DNA of 64,000 nt from a virus: IMG/VR virus record IMGVR_UViG_3300044655_002353, positions 1 through 64,000 of that record; one strand, 5' to 3'. The notes below the pieces were generated by a model, which saw only the letters and a list, made by a program, of their open reading frames with translations, did no database searches and was not told where the DNA came from. Below are positions 1-8,672 of the stretch, in pieces. Every line of letters starts with the position of its first letter. Position 1 is the stretch's first letter. The translations under genes were made by a program, and so were the position numbers.

Positions 1-465
1 TGCAACAATACGTTGAACATTGCAATGGCTGAAAAAGGCACAAGAAACGTTGTTCAAGTATCACATCGTTCCGAATGGGACCCTGATACTGTCAAAGTTG
101 AACTTGGTTTGATGGATGGTGCATGGTTGCAATTTATCCAAGATGTTCGCAAATTGTCTGCTACTAAAGTGACTGACAAGAAAGCATACAACTTCTTGAG
201 TAAAGTCGTATTCGACAAACCTACTGAACCTTTGACTAAAGTTCAAGAACGTAAAATCGATAACTTGATGGACTTGTACAAAGGTCAAGGTATGGGTGCT
301 GATATGGCGACTGGTACTCTTTGGGGTGTGGTCAATGCAATCACTCAACAGTACACCCATGGCACTGGCAAACGTGACACCTCGCATCAGTTCTGGGACT
401 CAGAATTCAGTGTGTATGGCAAAATGAAAGACAGAGCTTTTCAACAAGCATTAGCAATGGTATAA
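1..465 (+). CDS. DUF932/DUF945-like phage protein, 5' end outside window
   Basis: C-terminal GTLWGVVNAITQQYTH..K.RAF motif typical of DUF932; frame is open from the window edge. Confidence 0.6.
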   Translation, partial: CNNTLNIAMAEKGTRNVVQVSHRSEWDPDTVKVELGLMDGAWLQFIQDVRKLSATKVTDKKAYNFLSKVVFDKPTEPLTKVQERKIDNLMDLYKGQGMGADMATGTLWGVVNAITQQYTHGTGKRDTSHQFWDSEFSVYGKMKDRAFQQALAMV

Positions 466-469
466 GAAT

Positions 470-769
470 ATGAGCACTCAAACAAAGAAAGTACGTTTAG
501 CTACATACGACCCGAGAGATTTGTTTAGTGAATCTCTTTTGTATGCAATACAAGAATTACTTCAAATACATCAAGCTTATAATGATGTTGGTGTAAGTGA
601 CATTCAATGTGAAGCGATTGACAGCGATATTGTGATTTATGGTATTCGACCTGAAACTCCTGAAGAAGAAGCTAAACGGATTGAATGCTATGAAAAAACT
701 AAACGTGAAGAGCTTGAATTGTTGGCACAACTCCAAGCTAAATACAAGGACCTAACGAATGGCAACTAA
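470..769 (+). CDS. hypothetical protein
   Basis: ORF in tightly packed operon; C-terminal R-PET-EE coiled-coil common in phage ORFs. Confidence 0.6.
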   Translation: MSTQTKKVRLATYDPRDLFSESLLYAIQELLQIHQAYNDVGVSDIQCEAIDSDIVIYGIRPETPEEEAKRIECYEKTKREELELLAQLQAKYKDLTNGN

Positions 770-1202
770 AGTTACAAAAACGATTACCTATGTACAAGCA
801 ATGGACCGAAATATCTGCCCGGCTTGTGGCTCCAAACATATCAAATCGGTCCTAACTCATCATACTAAAGGTTGGAGCACTCCGGCTTGTATTGAATGTG
901 GTTATAGTGCTGGGGGTTTTGGAGCTAATAGCGATGGTGGGATTTGGGTAAGCTTCAACATTCCTCATAACGTTGACACATTCGAGATAACCCATTGGGA
1001 AAAGACGAAGCTTCAACATAACTTGGCAGAATTACTAATTGAAGCTGATATCAATCTCAAAGAAATCGAATGTGAATATGATGGTTTCTTTCGAGACAAG
1101 TTGTATGAACTTGTCAAACTAATCATTGATGAATGTGGCAATCAAATCGAACAACACGGCCATACGCTCAATGACGTTAGACAACACTTCGGAGTAAGAT
1201 AA
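759..1202 (+). CDS. hypothetical protein with zinc ribbon
   Basis: CPAC...CIEC pairs; AGGA upstream. Confidence 0.6.
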   Translation: MATKVTKTITYVQAMDRNICPACGSKHIKSVLTHHTKGWSTPACIECGYSAGGFGANSDGGIWVSFNIPHNVDTFEITHWEKTKLQHNLAELLIEADINLKEIECEYDGFFRDKLYELVKLIIDECGNQIEQHGHTLNDVRQHFGVR

Positions 1203-1426
1203 TGTTAGCAGCTTTTGGTTGGGCAATTTTAGTCATCATCATGCTATTGGTATCAGCCGTTTGGATTGTTTATGCATGGCATGATTTGGGTCAATATACC
1301 AGCTTTGGTGGTATTCCTAATACTATATGGGATAAGATTGGGGTCTGGTTCATATTCATATTAGTCTGCTTTGGCTGGAAGCTCATTTATGACATCTCTC
1401 CTTTCACTCTTACTCTAACTCAATAA
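1202..1426 (+). CDS. small membrane protein
   Basis: two hydrophobic segments; TAATG coupling at both ends. Confidence 0.6.
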   Translation: MLAAFGWAILVIIMLLVSAVWIVYAWHDLGQYTSFGGIPNTIWDKIGVWFIFILVCFGWKLIYDISPFTLTLTQ

Positions 1427-1647
1427 TGAACAATTTCAAATACTTCAAATACTCAATGTCTCGTCAATGGGAACAAATGATAATCGGCTTTGCGTGGATA
1501 CTTCCAAAGCGACTTGTCTATTGGTGTGCTATTCGAGTGATGGCTCATGCAACAACTGGCAAACATAGCAATCAAGTCGTCCCAGAACTATTAGTTATGG
1601 ATGCTCTAAAAAGATGGGATGAACAGTTTACATCGTCCGAAAAGTAG
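1426..1647 (+). CDS. hypothetical protein
   Basis: TAATG-coupled ORF. Confidence 0.55.
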   Translation: MNNFKYFKYSMSRQWEQMIIGFAWILPKRLVYWCAIRVMAHATTGKHSNQVVPELLVMDALKRWDEQFTSSEK

Positions 1648-1682
1648 TATAGAATAGACAAAATTGAGTAGAGAGAGATGAT

Positions 1683-1961
1683 ATGAAAGTTTTTGCTGGT
1701 TTTGAATACTACGAAGATGACTTCATCGGATTTTTTGTTGACCCGTATGTCGATAAAAGTATGACTCGTGAAGCAGTTGATGTCATTATCTGTGGCGGGA
1801 TTGAAGATGGTTGCGATGAACTTGCAAAAGCAGCAAACCGTTATGGTATGTGTTCTCATCAAATGACTTCAGCCATGGCTAAATACGGATGGCGTTTAGT
1901 CTCTACTGAAATTACAACAATAGATGGCTTTACATACTATCCATTTGAACAAGGAGCATAA
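1683..1961 (+). CDS. hypothetical protein
   Basis: ATG with GAGAGAG upstream. Confidence 0.55.
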   Translation: MKVFAGFEYYEDDFIGFFVDPYVDKSMTREAVDVIICGGIEDGCDELAKAANRYGMCSHQMTSAMAKYGWRLVSTEITTIDGFTYYPFEQGA

Positions 1962-1962
1962 C

Positions 1963-2265
1963 ATGTCATTCACACAAAACGACCCTATGATAAAGGTCAC
2001 ATTCCTTGGTAAAGGTTATGGCATTCGTTTGTTCAAACCTGATGGTGTCACTATTCATGATGAGTCTTTCGTAAAGACCCGACTTGAAGTAGGTCCAGCT
2101 TGCCGCGAATTACTTCGTTGGTACGACAAGATGGGTTCTCCTTCCCGTTATGCAGATAAAGCTCGTCATCGTCGTGGCTTCAAAGATGCGATGAGAAGAA
2201 CTGACATCTCAGATGAAATCCGTCAGAAGTCCATAGAGATATACACACGTGGGGATTTGAAATGA
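1963..2265 (+). CDS. hypothetical protein
   Basis: AAGGAG before ATG at 1963. Confidence 0.6.
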   Translation: MSFTQNDPMIKVTFLGKGYGIRLFKPDGVTIHDESFVKTRLEVGPACRELLRWYDKMGSPSRYADKARHRRGFKDAMRRTDISDEIRQKSIEIYTRGDLK

Positions 2266-2507
2266 TACGAAGCTTCAAATCAACTTCATTGAAGAACTTT
2301 GAGAAAATTTTGTCAATAGAAGTATTGAGCAATTACGTTATTGAAATCATTGGAATTGTCGGTAAGCGGAAAAATTGTCAAGCTAAACGGGAACTTTTCT
2401 TTGGATATGAGCCTATTGATTACCACAAAGATGATGGGTCAGTCATTCATTACAATGAAGATATGACTGGATATTTCAACAAAGGTCAGTTCTATAAGTT
2501 TGCATGA
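2262..2507 (+). CDS. hypothetical protein
   Basis: short overlaps with both neighbours. Confidence 0.5.
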   Translation: MIRSFKSTSLKNFEKILSIEVLSNYVIEIIGIVGKRKNCQAKRELFFGYEPIDYHKDDGSVIHYNEDMTGYFNKGQFYKFA

Positions 2508-2704
2508 GTGTTGAAGACACGGTACGAACTCCAGTCAAAGGCTTACGAGTTCGTCTAAGAAACAAGCTAAAGCACGAGTGTCTCGTCTACGAAAAGTTTA
2601 GGGTTACCCATCATCGTCGATTCGGTTTGATTGTAGAGGGGCTCTCGTTCATTAGAGATGACTATCCTGTTGAATTTGATGGCTATCCAGTGCTCTATAA
2701 ATAA
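2504..2704 (+). CDS. hypothetical protein
   Basis: ATGA overlap. Confidence 0.5.
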   Translation: MSVEDTVRTPVKGLRVRLRNKLKHECLVYEKFRVTHHRRFGLIVEGLSFIRDDYPVEFDGYPVLYK

Positions 2705-2735
2705 TGATACTATAAAATCAAAAATGGAGTATAAT

Positions 2736-2924
2736 ATGAGCACATCAGTAGGTAGTACAGTAAGATTGAAATCAGGTGGTCCTTCAATGACAGTAAAAGA
2801 AGTCATGGGAACCTTAGTCAGAGTTCAATGGTTTGATGGTTCTACATTGAAAGAAGATGTAGTAAGCATTTCGACATTAGCATTATCAGAAACGGTAAAT
2901 GAACAGCAAATCTTGCTTGGATAG
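2736..2924 (+). CDS. YodC/DUF2158 family protein
   Basis: VGSTVRLKSGGPSMTV...VQWFDG signature; GGAG before ATG 2736. Confidence 0.8.
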   Translation: MSTSVGSTVRLKSGGPSMTVKEVMGTLVRVQWFDGSTLKEDVVSISTLALSETVNEQQILLG

Positions 2925-2945
2925 AGAATAACGAGGAATAACATT

Positions 2946-3173
2946 ATGGGTGTAGCAAATAGTGGTTCAGTTGGACGAGGTAAAACGAATAATGAACAAC
3001 AACTAATTGATATCATGTTTGAAGTTGCAATGACAGTGCAAAATAATCCATGGTTTCTTGGTAAGTCACAAGAAGAAGTGGCTGAATGGTTGCGAGGACA
3101 ACTAAAAGAATGTGGGTTTGAAACAGAACCGCGTGGTTCAAGTTGGGCAGTTTTAATAAATCATCCTAAATAG
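2946..3173 (+). CDS. hypothetical protein
   Basis: GAGGA RBS. Confidence 0.6.
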   Translation: MGVANSGSVGRGKTNNEQQLIDIMFEVAMTVQNNPWFLGKSQEEVAEWLRGQLKECGFETEPRGSSWAVLINHPK

Positions 3174-3185
3174 GGGAATCAAAAA

Positions 3186-3410
3186 GTGGCAGCAAAAAAA
3201 CCAGCAGTACAAGAAAAAGTAGTAAAGAAAGCTAAACCTCAAGTCAAAGTGAAGATACCAAAACAGGTTAGTTCTTCAACTGACAAAGTCTGGAGAAAGC
3301 TGATGATTACTGCAATTCGTGAAGCAGCTCATCATGCGAAGTATAGCCAGATTGGTAAAGAAGTAAAAACTAGTGGTGCATCAAAAGATACTTCTACTGA
3401 AACAATATGA
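3186..3410 (+). CDS. basic hypothetical protein
   Basis: GGGG-A RBS, GTG start, Lys-rich. Confidence 0.5.
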   Translation: MAAKKPAVQEKVVKKAKPQVKVKIPKQVSSSTDKVWRKLMITAIREAAHHAKYSQIGKEVKTSGASKDTSTETI

Positions 3411-3928
3411 AGTTAAAAGAAGTCTATCATTTTGGAGATTTGACTTTAGATGAAAGTTTATCTCAACCTTTAGATTATGAACTGATTGAAACAAAATCTT
3501 ATAAAGATATTGTTGCTAAATGGTATGAAATAAAATCAAATCCAATACTTATTGTAGCTACTCAAGTAATTCCAATGGATAAAGAAAAAATTGCAGAAGT
3601 TAGCTTTTTTTCGGATGAAGCAGGTTTCAAAGCAATCAATAAGTTCAATGCAGATGGTGTTAGCGGAATTTTAGCAACAGTGATTGATATTTGTCAAAAT
3701 GATAAAGAAATTGATACATGGTATTTTAGTGCTAAACAAATACATTCATCCTCAAATAAAGAATTATTGAAACGAACATCTTTATATTTGCGAGTTGCAA
3801 AAAAAATGGCATCTAAGCTAAATTATCAATGGAAAACTTTTACTTGGTCTGGAGATACGGTTTATGTAGTTTCTAGTAAACCAATTACTAAAGAAAAAAT
3901 CTTGGCATATGAAAAATACACTCAATAA
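3407..3928 (+). CDS. hypothetical protein, possibly virion-packaged
   Basis: 173 aa; N-terminus MKLKEV...LTLDE resembles the paralog-array leader. Confidence 0.6.
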   Translation: MKLKEVYHFGDLTLDESLSQPLDYELIETKSYKDIVAKWYEIKSNPILIVATQVIPMDKEKIAEVSFFSDEAGFKAINKFNADGVSGILATVIDICQNDKEIDTWYFSAKQIHSSSNKELLKRTSLYLRVAKKMASKLNYQWKTFTWSGDTVYVVSSKPITKEKILAYEKYTQ

Positions 3929-3950
3929 TGAAACTCTCTAAACATAACAT

Positions 3951-4295
3951 ATGCTAATTACTGTATTGAAGTCTAAAATCCATCGAGCTACAGTAATCGA
4001 AGCTAACTTGGATTACCATGGTTCATGCTCAATTGATAAAGACTTGATGTATTCAAGTGGTATTGAAGAGCATGAACAAATCCATATATACAACATCAAC
4101 AATGGTGAGCGATTCATTACATATGCTATTCCAAGTGAAGTTCCTGGTATGATAGCATTGAATGGTTCTGCTGCACGACTTGGAATGGTGAATGATTTGA
4201 TTATCATTTGTGCGTATGGACAAGTCAAACGAACTGACGAGTTTCGACCAAAAGTAGTTTTTGTTGATGATAAAAACCTGAAGGTAGAATCATAA
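3951..4295 (+). CDS. panD: aspartate 1-decarboxylase
   Basis: LKSKIHRATV..ANLDYHGSCSID (Gly-Ser self-cleavage site), NGERFITYAI, LNGSAAR, IIICAY. Confidence 0.95.
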   Translation: MLITVLKSKIHRATVIEANLDYHGSCSIDKDLMYSSGIEEHEQIHIYNINNGERFITYAIPSEVPGMIALNGSAARLGMVNDLIIICAYGQVKRTDEFRPKVVFVDDKNLKVES

Positions 4296-4519
4296 TGATT
4301 TCTTTGGTAATAATTGTTATACTTGTATGGACATTAGCAAGTGTGGTAGATTTCGCTAAGAACATAGGTCGTAAACATTCTAACGGTAAGCCAACACCTT
4401 GGTACAAGTGGGTATTAGCATTTCCAATGTTGGCTATTGCTACAATCGGTGGAATACTTTTACATCCAAAAGCAACATTGAAGTACTACAGAAATAAATT
4501 TAGTAAAAAGTATAAATAA
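4295..4519 (+). CDS. small membrane protein
   Basis: two hydrophobic segments; TAATG coupling. Confidence 0.55.
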   Translation: MISLVIIVILVWTLASVVDFAKNIGRKHSNGKPTPWYKWVLAFPMLAIATIGGILLHPKATLKYYRNKFSKKYK

Positions 4520-4522
4520 ATA

Positions 4523-4551
4523 TTTACACTGACAAATTTTTGGTGTATAAT
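4523..4551 (+). promoter_or_regulatory. sigma70-type promoter for tRNA cluster
   Basis: TTTACA-17 bp-TATAAT. Confidence 0.7.
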
Positions 4552-4586
4552 AGTTCTAACAAAATTGATAAAGAAGAGGTTTTATC

Positions 4587-4658
4587 TCCGGGGAACGCAC
4601 AAGGTGTGCGGCCGGTCTGTTAAACCGTGTGAGCGGGGTTCGATTCCCTGCCCCGGAG
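4587..4658 (+). tRNA. tRNA-Asn(GTT), CCA not encoded
   Basis: TCCGGGG/CCCCGGA acceptor, CTGTTAA loop, GTTCGATTC T-loop. Confidence 0.85.
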
Positions 4659-4679
4659 ATAAAACCTTTTAAATAAAAA

Positions 4680-4753
4680 TGCGGGTTATATCAGTGGTAG
4701 ATTACAGGGCTCATAACCCTCGTGGACGCTGTGTTCGAATCCAGCACCCGCTT
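4680..4753 (+). tRNA. tRNA-fMet(CAT), imperfect T-stem
   Basis: GGG-CTCATAA-CCC anticodon arm, unpaired 1:72, GCGGGT/ACCCGC acceptor; one bulged T in T-stem. Confidence 0.7.
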
Positions 4754-5477
4754 CTTTAGATATTTGAGATATTTGAGAAATTAAAAAACTAAAAGCTTGT
4801 TTTGGAGTATAATAACGATCTTCAAAGACTAAAGATTTCCATCCCATTTTGTTGATGATATTTATTTTTAGTTTATCCCTATTTTGAACTTGTTTGAGTG
4901 AATGATTGTTAAAACCTAAATCTTTATAATGCCATGGGCCATTCCAGAGAATAGCAGTTTTGATATCATGAATAATAATGTCAGCATCCCAACCCTCAAA
5001 AATTGGTTGATTATGTTCAACATTAGAAAAATAAGATTTACATAGCTCATATAGAGTAATTTCATCTCTTGAGCGTTTGATTTGAACTGAAGCTGATTTT
5101 TTGCCGGCTGACTGTAGTCTTGCCGTTAAACATTCTTGGGAGCATGTGGATTTCAATCCAATAAAAAGTTTTGAACAGTTAGTGCAAAAAGATATTGGTG
5201 TGTACTCTGGATATTTTTTAATTGGTGGATTAACCGAAAAGATTTCTTTTAAAGTATTTGCAGTTTTTTGTTTAGTTAATTCTGAAGGTGTTCTAGAATT
5301 TGCGCAAATTCTAGAACAAAAGATTCCATGATTAGAATGAATAGATTTACATTTAGGACAAGTCTTAGTAATAATTGGTTTTAAATGACTTTCGTAATGT
5401 TTATTTAAACTTTGCGTAGTAGTTTCTTGATTACATATAATACAAGAACATTTGGTTGAATATTTAAAGTTTTTCAT
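4686..5477 (-). CDS. putative free-standing homing endonuclease (Zn-finger repeats plus Vsr/DUF559-like PD-(D/E)xK domain)
   Basis: CxxC...FCSxxC repeats; WDADI...ILWNGPWHY...RD..K...GW nuclease pattern; inserted antisense in tRNA cluster. Confidence 0.7.
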   Translation of the reverse strand: MKNFKYSTKCSCIICNQETTTQSLNKHYESHLKPIITKTCPKCKSIHSNHGIFCSRICANSRTPSELTKQKTANTLKEIFSVNPPIKKYPEYTPISFCTNCSKLFIGLKSTCSQECLTARLQSAGKKSASVQIKRSRDEITLYELCKSYFSNVEHNQPIFEGWDADIIIHDIKTAILWNGPWHYKDLGFNNHSLKQVQNRDKLKINIINKMGWKSLVFEDRYYTPKQAFSFLISQISQISKEAGAGFEHSVHEGYEPCNLPLI

Positions 5478-5580
5478 GTTTTTTCTCTAGCATAAATAAA
5501 TGTATAGGGACAGCCTGAAACTCTAGCTCAGGTTGCTGATATCTCGTAAATACCAGCTAACCTATTTATAAAAGTTTAAT

Positions 5581-5627
5581 GCCTGTGTAGCTCGTCTAGG
5601 TAGGTTCGATTCCTACACTCGCTTCCA
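5581..5627 (+). pseudogene. chimeric tRNA remnant
   Basis: 5' acceptor/D start GCCTGTG-TA-GCTC fused to GTAGG-TTCGATT-CCTAC-ACTCGCT-TCCA; no anticodon arm; acceptor halves do not pair. Confidence 0.65.
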
Positions 5628-5721
5628 AATAAAGTGATAACCAGTTATCAGTTACGTGAAGATATTGTATACAATAACATATATAAAAGGTATAATATCT
5701 CAAAATTAAGGAGAAGCAGAC

Positions 5722-5955
5722 ATGACTGAACTGATGACTGAAGAACAAATAAAAACATATGAAGCTCTTGGCATGATGGCCCATAAGCCAGGTGCTTCAG
5801 CTGAAGAATTCTTAGTAGAGACTGCAAATTGGCAAGCTGAGATTGAACAGATAATAAAAGAACCTTCTTTCACTGTTCCAAAAGGATTGACCCGAGAACA
5901 AATGAGAGACTGGGTTAGAAAATGTGCAGAAGGCGAAATTGAGGCTGATGCATAA
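5722..5955 (+). CDS. putative antitoxin
   Basis: small acidic ORF with AAGGAG RBS, TAATG-coupled to RelE-like gene. Confidence 0.45.
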   Translation: MTELMTEEQIKTYEALGMMAHKPGASAEEFLVETANWQAEIEQIIKEPSFTVPKGLTREQMRDWVRKCAEGEIEADA

Positions 5956-6401
5956 TGGATGTGCAATATAGTAAAAAGTTCAATGCTTGGTTAGCTAGAC
6001 AGAATGATGCTGATTTTGATAAAATTTATGATTTTGTTCAACATCTAGAAACTAAAGGTTTTGAGGGTTTGCAAGGTAGAAATAAAAATTCTAATGAAGC
6101 AAATACAAATAAACGAGATTTCTTAGCTAAAGCTGAATATGCTAATAAGTTTCATTTGTGGCATTATCATATTGGTATTCCTTCTTATATCAAACAGAAT
6201 CGATATAAGAAATATGAGTTTGGAGATTATGTTTCTGAATTCATAATACATTATCAAATTGTAGATGCGGATACTGTCAAGCTAATAAAACTTGATAATC
6301 ATAAACCTTTTTCAATGCCAGATGAGGCTGAACTAAAAGAAAGGTTTGAGACTTTAGTAAAAAGTTTTTCTTTATTACAAGAAAAAATAAAAAGTCTATA
6401 A
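5955..6401 (+). CDS. putative RelE/YafQ-superfamily RNase toxin
   Basis: V.YSKKF N-terminus, LWHYHIG, IIHY...IKLIKLDNH resemble the RelE-fold pattern. Confidence 0.45.
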   Translation: MDVQYSKKFNAWLARQNDADFDKIYDFVQHLETKGFEGLQGRNKNSNEANTNKRDFLAKAEYANKFHLWHYHIGIPSYIKQNRYKKYEFGDYVSEFIIHYQIVDADTVKLIKLDNHKPFSMPDEAELKERFETLVKSFSLLQEKIKSL

Positions 6402-6591
6402 ATAAATAAATAACACGTAGTATAAATCATTTCAACACACTAAAGGTAATAAATCACATGAAGACATTTATGAGCAAGCGATTTAGATGCCACCATCATC
6501 AACGATGGTGCGTTAAACTTTAGTGTCAATTTAGCTCTCATTCATTCGGACTAAGTTGGCACGGTAAATCAACTTAGAATGAAAAACGAAT

Positions 6592-6667
6592 GAGACGCTA
6601 GCTCAATAGGTAGAGCATCGGATTTTTAATCCGAGGGTTTCGGGTTCAAGCCCCGAGCGTCTCACCA
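6592..6667 (+). tRNA. tRNA-Lys(TTT)
   Basis: full cloverleaf GAGACGC/GCGTCTC, TTTTTAA loop, ACCA. Confidence 0.93.
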
Positions 6668-6725
6668 TCAAAATAATTTTACTTTTAAAAGTTTTTGTGT
6701 TAGAATATCTTTAGTCTAACAAACT

Positions 6726-7268
6726 TTGAGTAGTAAAATGAAACCAGCAACCGCTTTAGAACAAATTGTAATTGGACAGATGATGTATTCTGGAATAATT
6801 CCATATAGTGGAATATTTCAAATAAATGAATATCATTTACAAAGTTACATTACTCACTATGGTAATATTGCTGGAAAAACAAATAAAGGAACACATAAAA
6901 ATTCTAATACTAGATATGCACGACGATTAGCAGGATTAAATTTATTAAAACTTAATTTTCAACGAGATGCAAAATTTCATGATATGAAATCTGGAATGAT
7001 TTATCTCATTGAGAATATAGTATATCCCGATCATTATAAGATTGGTATGACTATTGACCTTCCCTCGAGGTTAAATTCTTATCAAACTTATGATCCGCTA
7101 AGAAGATTTAAAGTATTAAAATATGAGTTTGTATTAGATAGGATTACTGCAGAGAAAAAGATTTTACATCATCCAGAAATATTTAAAGAAACTGGAGAAT
7201 GGATTAAAAGAGATAATGCAATAGAAATGTTTGAAAAAATTATTTTTAAAAAGAATTTGGACCTGTAG
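6726..7268 (+). CDS. T5orf172/GIY-YIG-superfamily endonuclease
   Basis: GMIYLI...YKIGMT...RL.SYQT..P...E..I...GEW motif. Confidence 0.75.
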   Translation: MSSKMKPATALEQIVIGQMMYSGIIPYSGIFQINEYHLQSYITHYGNIAGKTNKGTHKNSNTRYARRLAGLNLLKLNFQRDAKFHDMKSGMIYLIENIVYPDHYKIGMTIDLPSRLNSYQTYDPLRRFKVLKYEFVLDRITAEKKILHHPEIFKETGEWIKRDNAIEMFEKIIFKKNLDL

Positions 7269-7334
7269 CTCAGTAGGAAGAGCACGTGCCTGAAGAGCAT
7301 GGTGTCGATGGTTCGATTCCATCCGGGTCCACCA
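7259..7334 (+). tRNA. tRNA-Phe(GAA)
   Basis: cloverleaf, CTGAAGA loop, ACCA. Confidence 0.93.
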
Positions 7335-7341
7335 AAGATAT

Positions 7342-7417
7342 AGGTGGTTAGTACAACGGCTAGTATTCCGGCCTCCAAAGCCGTGGGATTTCAGTTCGAA
7401 TCTGAAGCCGCCTGCCA
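7342..7417 (+). tRNA. tRNA-Trp(CCA)
   Basis: cloverleaf, CTCCAAA loop, GCCA. Confidence 0.9.
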
Positions 7418-7515
7418 GATAATATGTGAAAACTGTTAACCAGTTTTACATTTGATGATTTACATTTTTGTCGCTTGTAGTTATAATAATTACATATTCG
7501 AAAATGTAGGAGTAA

Positions 7516-7764
7516 ATGAAAATGTTTTGTAAAAAATATTTGTGGAAAGTATTGGATGAAAACGGTGATTTGACTCAAGTAGATACTCACATTTATGGAC
7601 CTCAATATGATGAGTTCAAATTGAATGATGGTTTATTCAATTCAATTGAGCAGGCTGAAAAAGCTCTTGAAGAATACTTAACAAAGTACTATGAGTACTT
7701 TGAGCATTATAGTTTTGAGCAATTTGTTTTATTGACAGTGTATAAAAGCCAAACTGAAGAATGA
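7516..7764 (+). CDS. hypothetical protein
   Basis: AGGAG RBS after sigma70 promoter. Confidence 0.65.
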   Translation: MKMFCKKYLWKVLDENGDLTQVDTHIYGPQYDEFKLNDGLFNSIEQAEKALEEYLTKYYEYFEHYSFEQFVLLTVYKSQTEE

Positions 7765-8024
7765 AGAAAGGTACTTTAGTTCAGATACAACCAGTAAAGC
7801 AAATAGCAATACTTGTTGAAGATGTGGAACATCATGCATCTAGTGTATTAGCATTGCATATGACACGAGAACACCCACGGCCAATGCTGCTTAGACTAGA
7901 CATAGAAAATGGTTTGCTTTATTTCAGCAATGATAGAGGTCGCTTTTTGCAAGATGGTTATGACTTTGAAGCTGAACTTATTCAATTGAAACGAATGGTG
8001 ACATATGCTAAAGTACAGCGTTGA
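7761..8024 (+). CDS. hypothetical protein
   Basis: ATGA overlap. Confidence 0.55.
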   Translation: MKKGTLVQIQPVKQIAILVEDVEHHASSVLALHMTREHPRPMLLRLDIENGLLYFSNDRGRFLQDGYDFEAELIQLKRMVTYAKVQR

Positions 8025-8202
8025 AGATAGAGGTGTTGGTCAGATGAGCTTATCTCAGTTATGGAATACGCGAAAGCAATTGGAAAAAGACATCCAAGAT
8101 GGAATTGATACTGAAGATACTTGGATAGATTTGGATGTTGTTAACTTTGCAATACGTACAGGAATGCAAGCATTACAGGATATTGTCAATGCCAGTAATT
8201 AG
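8005..8202 (+). CDS. hypothetical protein
   Basis: packed ORF. Confidence 0.5.
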   Translation: MLKYSVEDRGVGQMSLSQLWNTRKQLEKDIQDGIDTEDTWIDLDVVNFAIRTGMQALQDIVNASN

Positions 8203-8341
8203 TGGATTAGCTATTGTAGCAGGATTGTTAGTAGTTTGGGGTATTATCAGATTGAGCCGAGGTCATAAGACAGAAGGTTCATTAGAAATCTTGGGCGGTT
8301 TGATAGAGCTCGTTGGTGAAATCTTAGCTGCATTTTTGTGA
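8189..8341 (+). CDS. small membrane protein
   Basis: AGGA before ATG 8189; hydrophobic. Confidence 0.5.
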   Translation: MPVISGLAIVAGLLVVWGIIRLSRGHKTEGSLEILGGLIELVGEILAAFL

Positions 8342-8412
8342 AGTAGTTATCACTTTTAGTTGTTTACAAATCTAGAAAACTGTTTATAATAGACCCATAT
8401 TCAAACAAACGT
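8337..8412 (+). promoter_or_regulatory. conserved early promoter with upstream 16-bp box
   Basis: TGTGAAGTAGTTATCA, then TTTACA...TATAATAGACCCATATTCAAACAAACGT. Confidence 0.75.
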
Positions 8413-8425
8413 ATGGAGAACTACG

Positions 8426-8653
8426 ATGAGTACAACATTTCAGTTTGATAATGGCCAACCCAATCTTAATGAGATTAGAAAGTTTATTCAAGAGCTTGCA
8501 ACAACTAATAAGAAGTATGAATTGTCTCGTGAGTTTACTTTGACAATTCATGGTTATCCTACAGGATTTACTTCATTGGATTGGGTAAAGAACAAGTTTC
8601 CTGAATTCCCACTGAAGTACCAAAAGTTAGTTGTTTATCATTGCTCACTATAA
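8426..8653 (+). CDS. hypothetical protein
   Basis: GGAG RBS after promoter. Confidence 0.6.
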   Translation: MSTTFQFDNGQPNLNEIRKFIQELATTNKKYELSREFTLTIHGYPTGFTSLDWVKNKFPEFPLKYQKLVVYHCSL

Positions 8654-8672
8654 AAGAGAGGGGGAACCTAAG

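Noticed and set aside
5635-5650. Fur box
   Set aside because: Fur is 7-1-7 TGATAAT-N-ATTATCA; this motif is 7-2-7 with C/G at the inner positions
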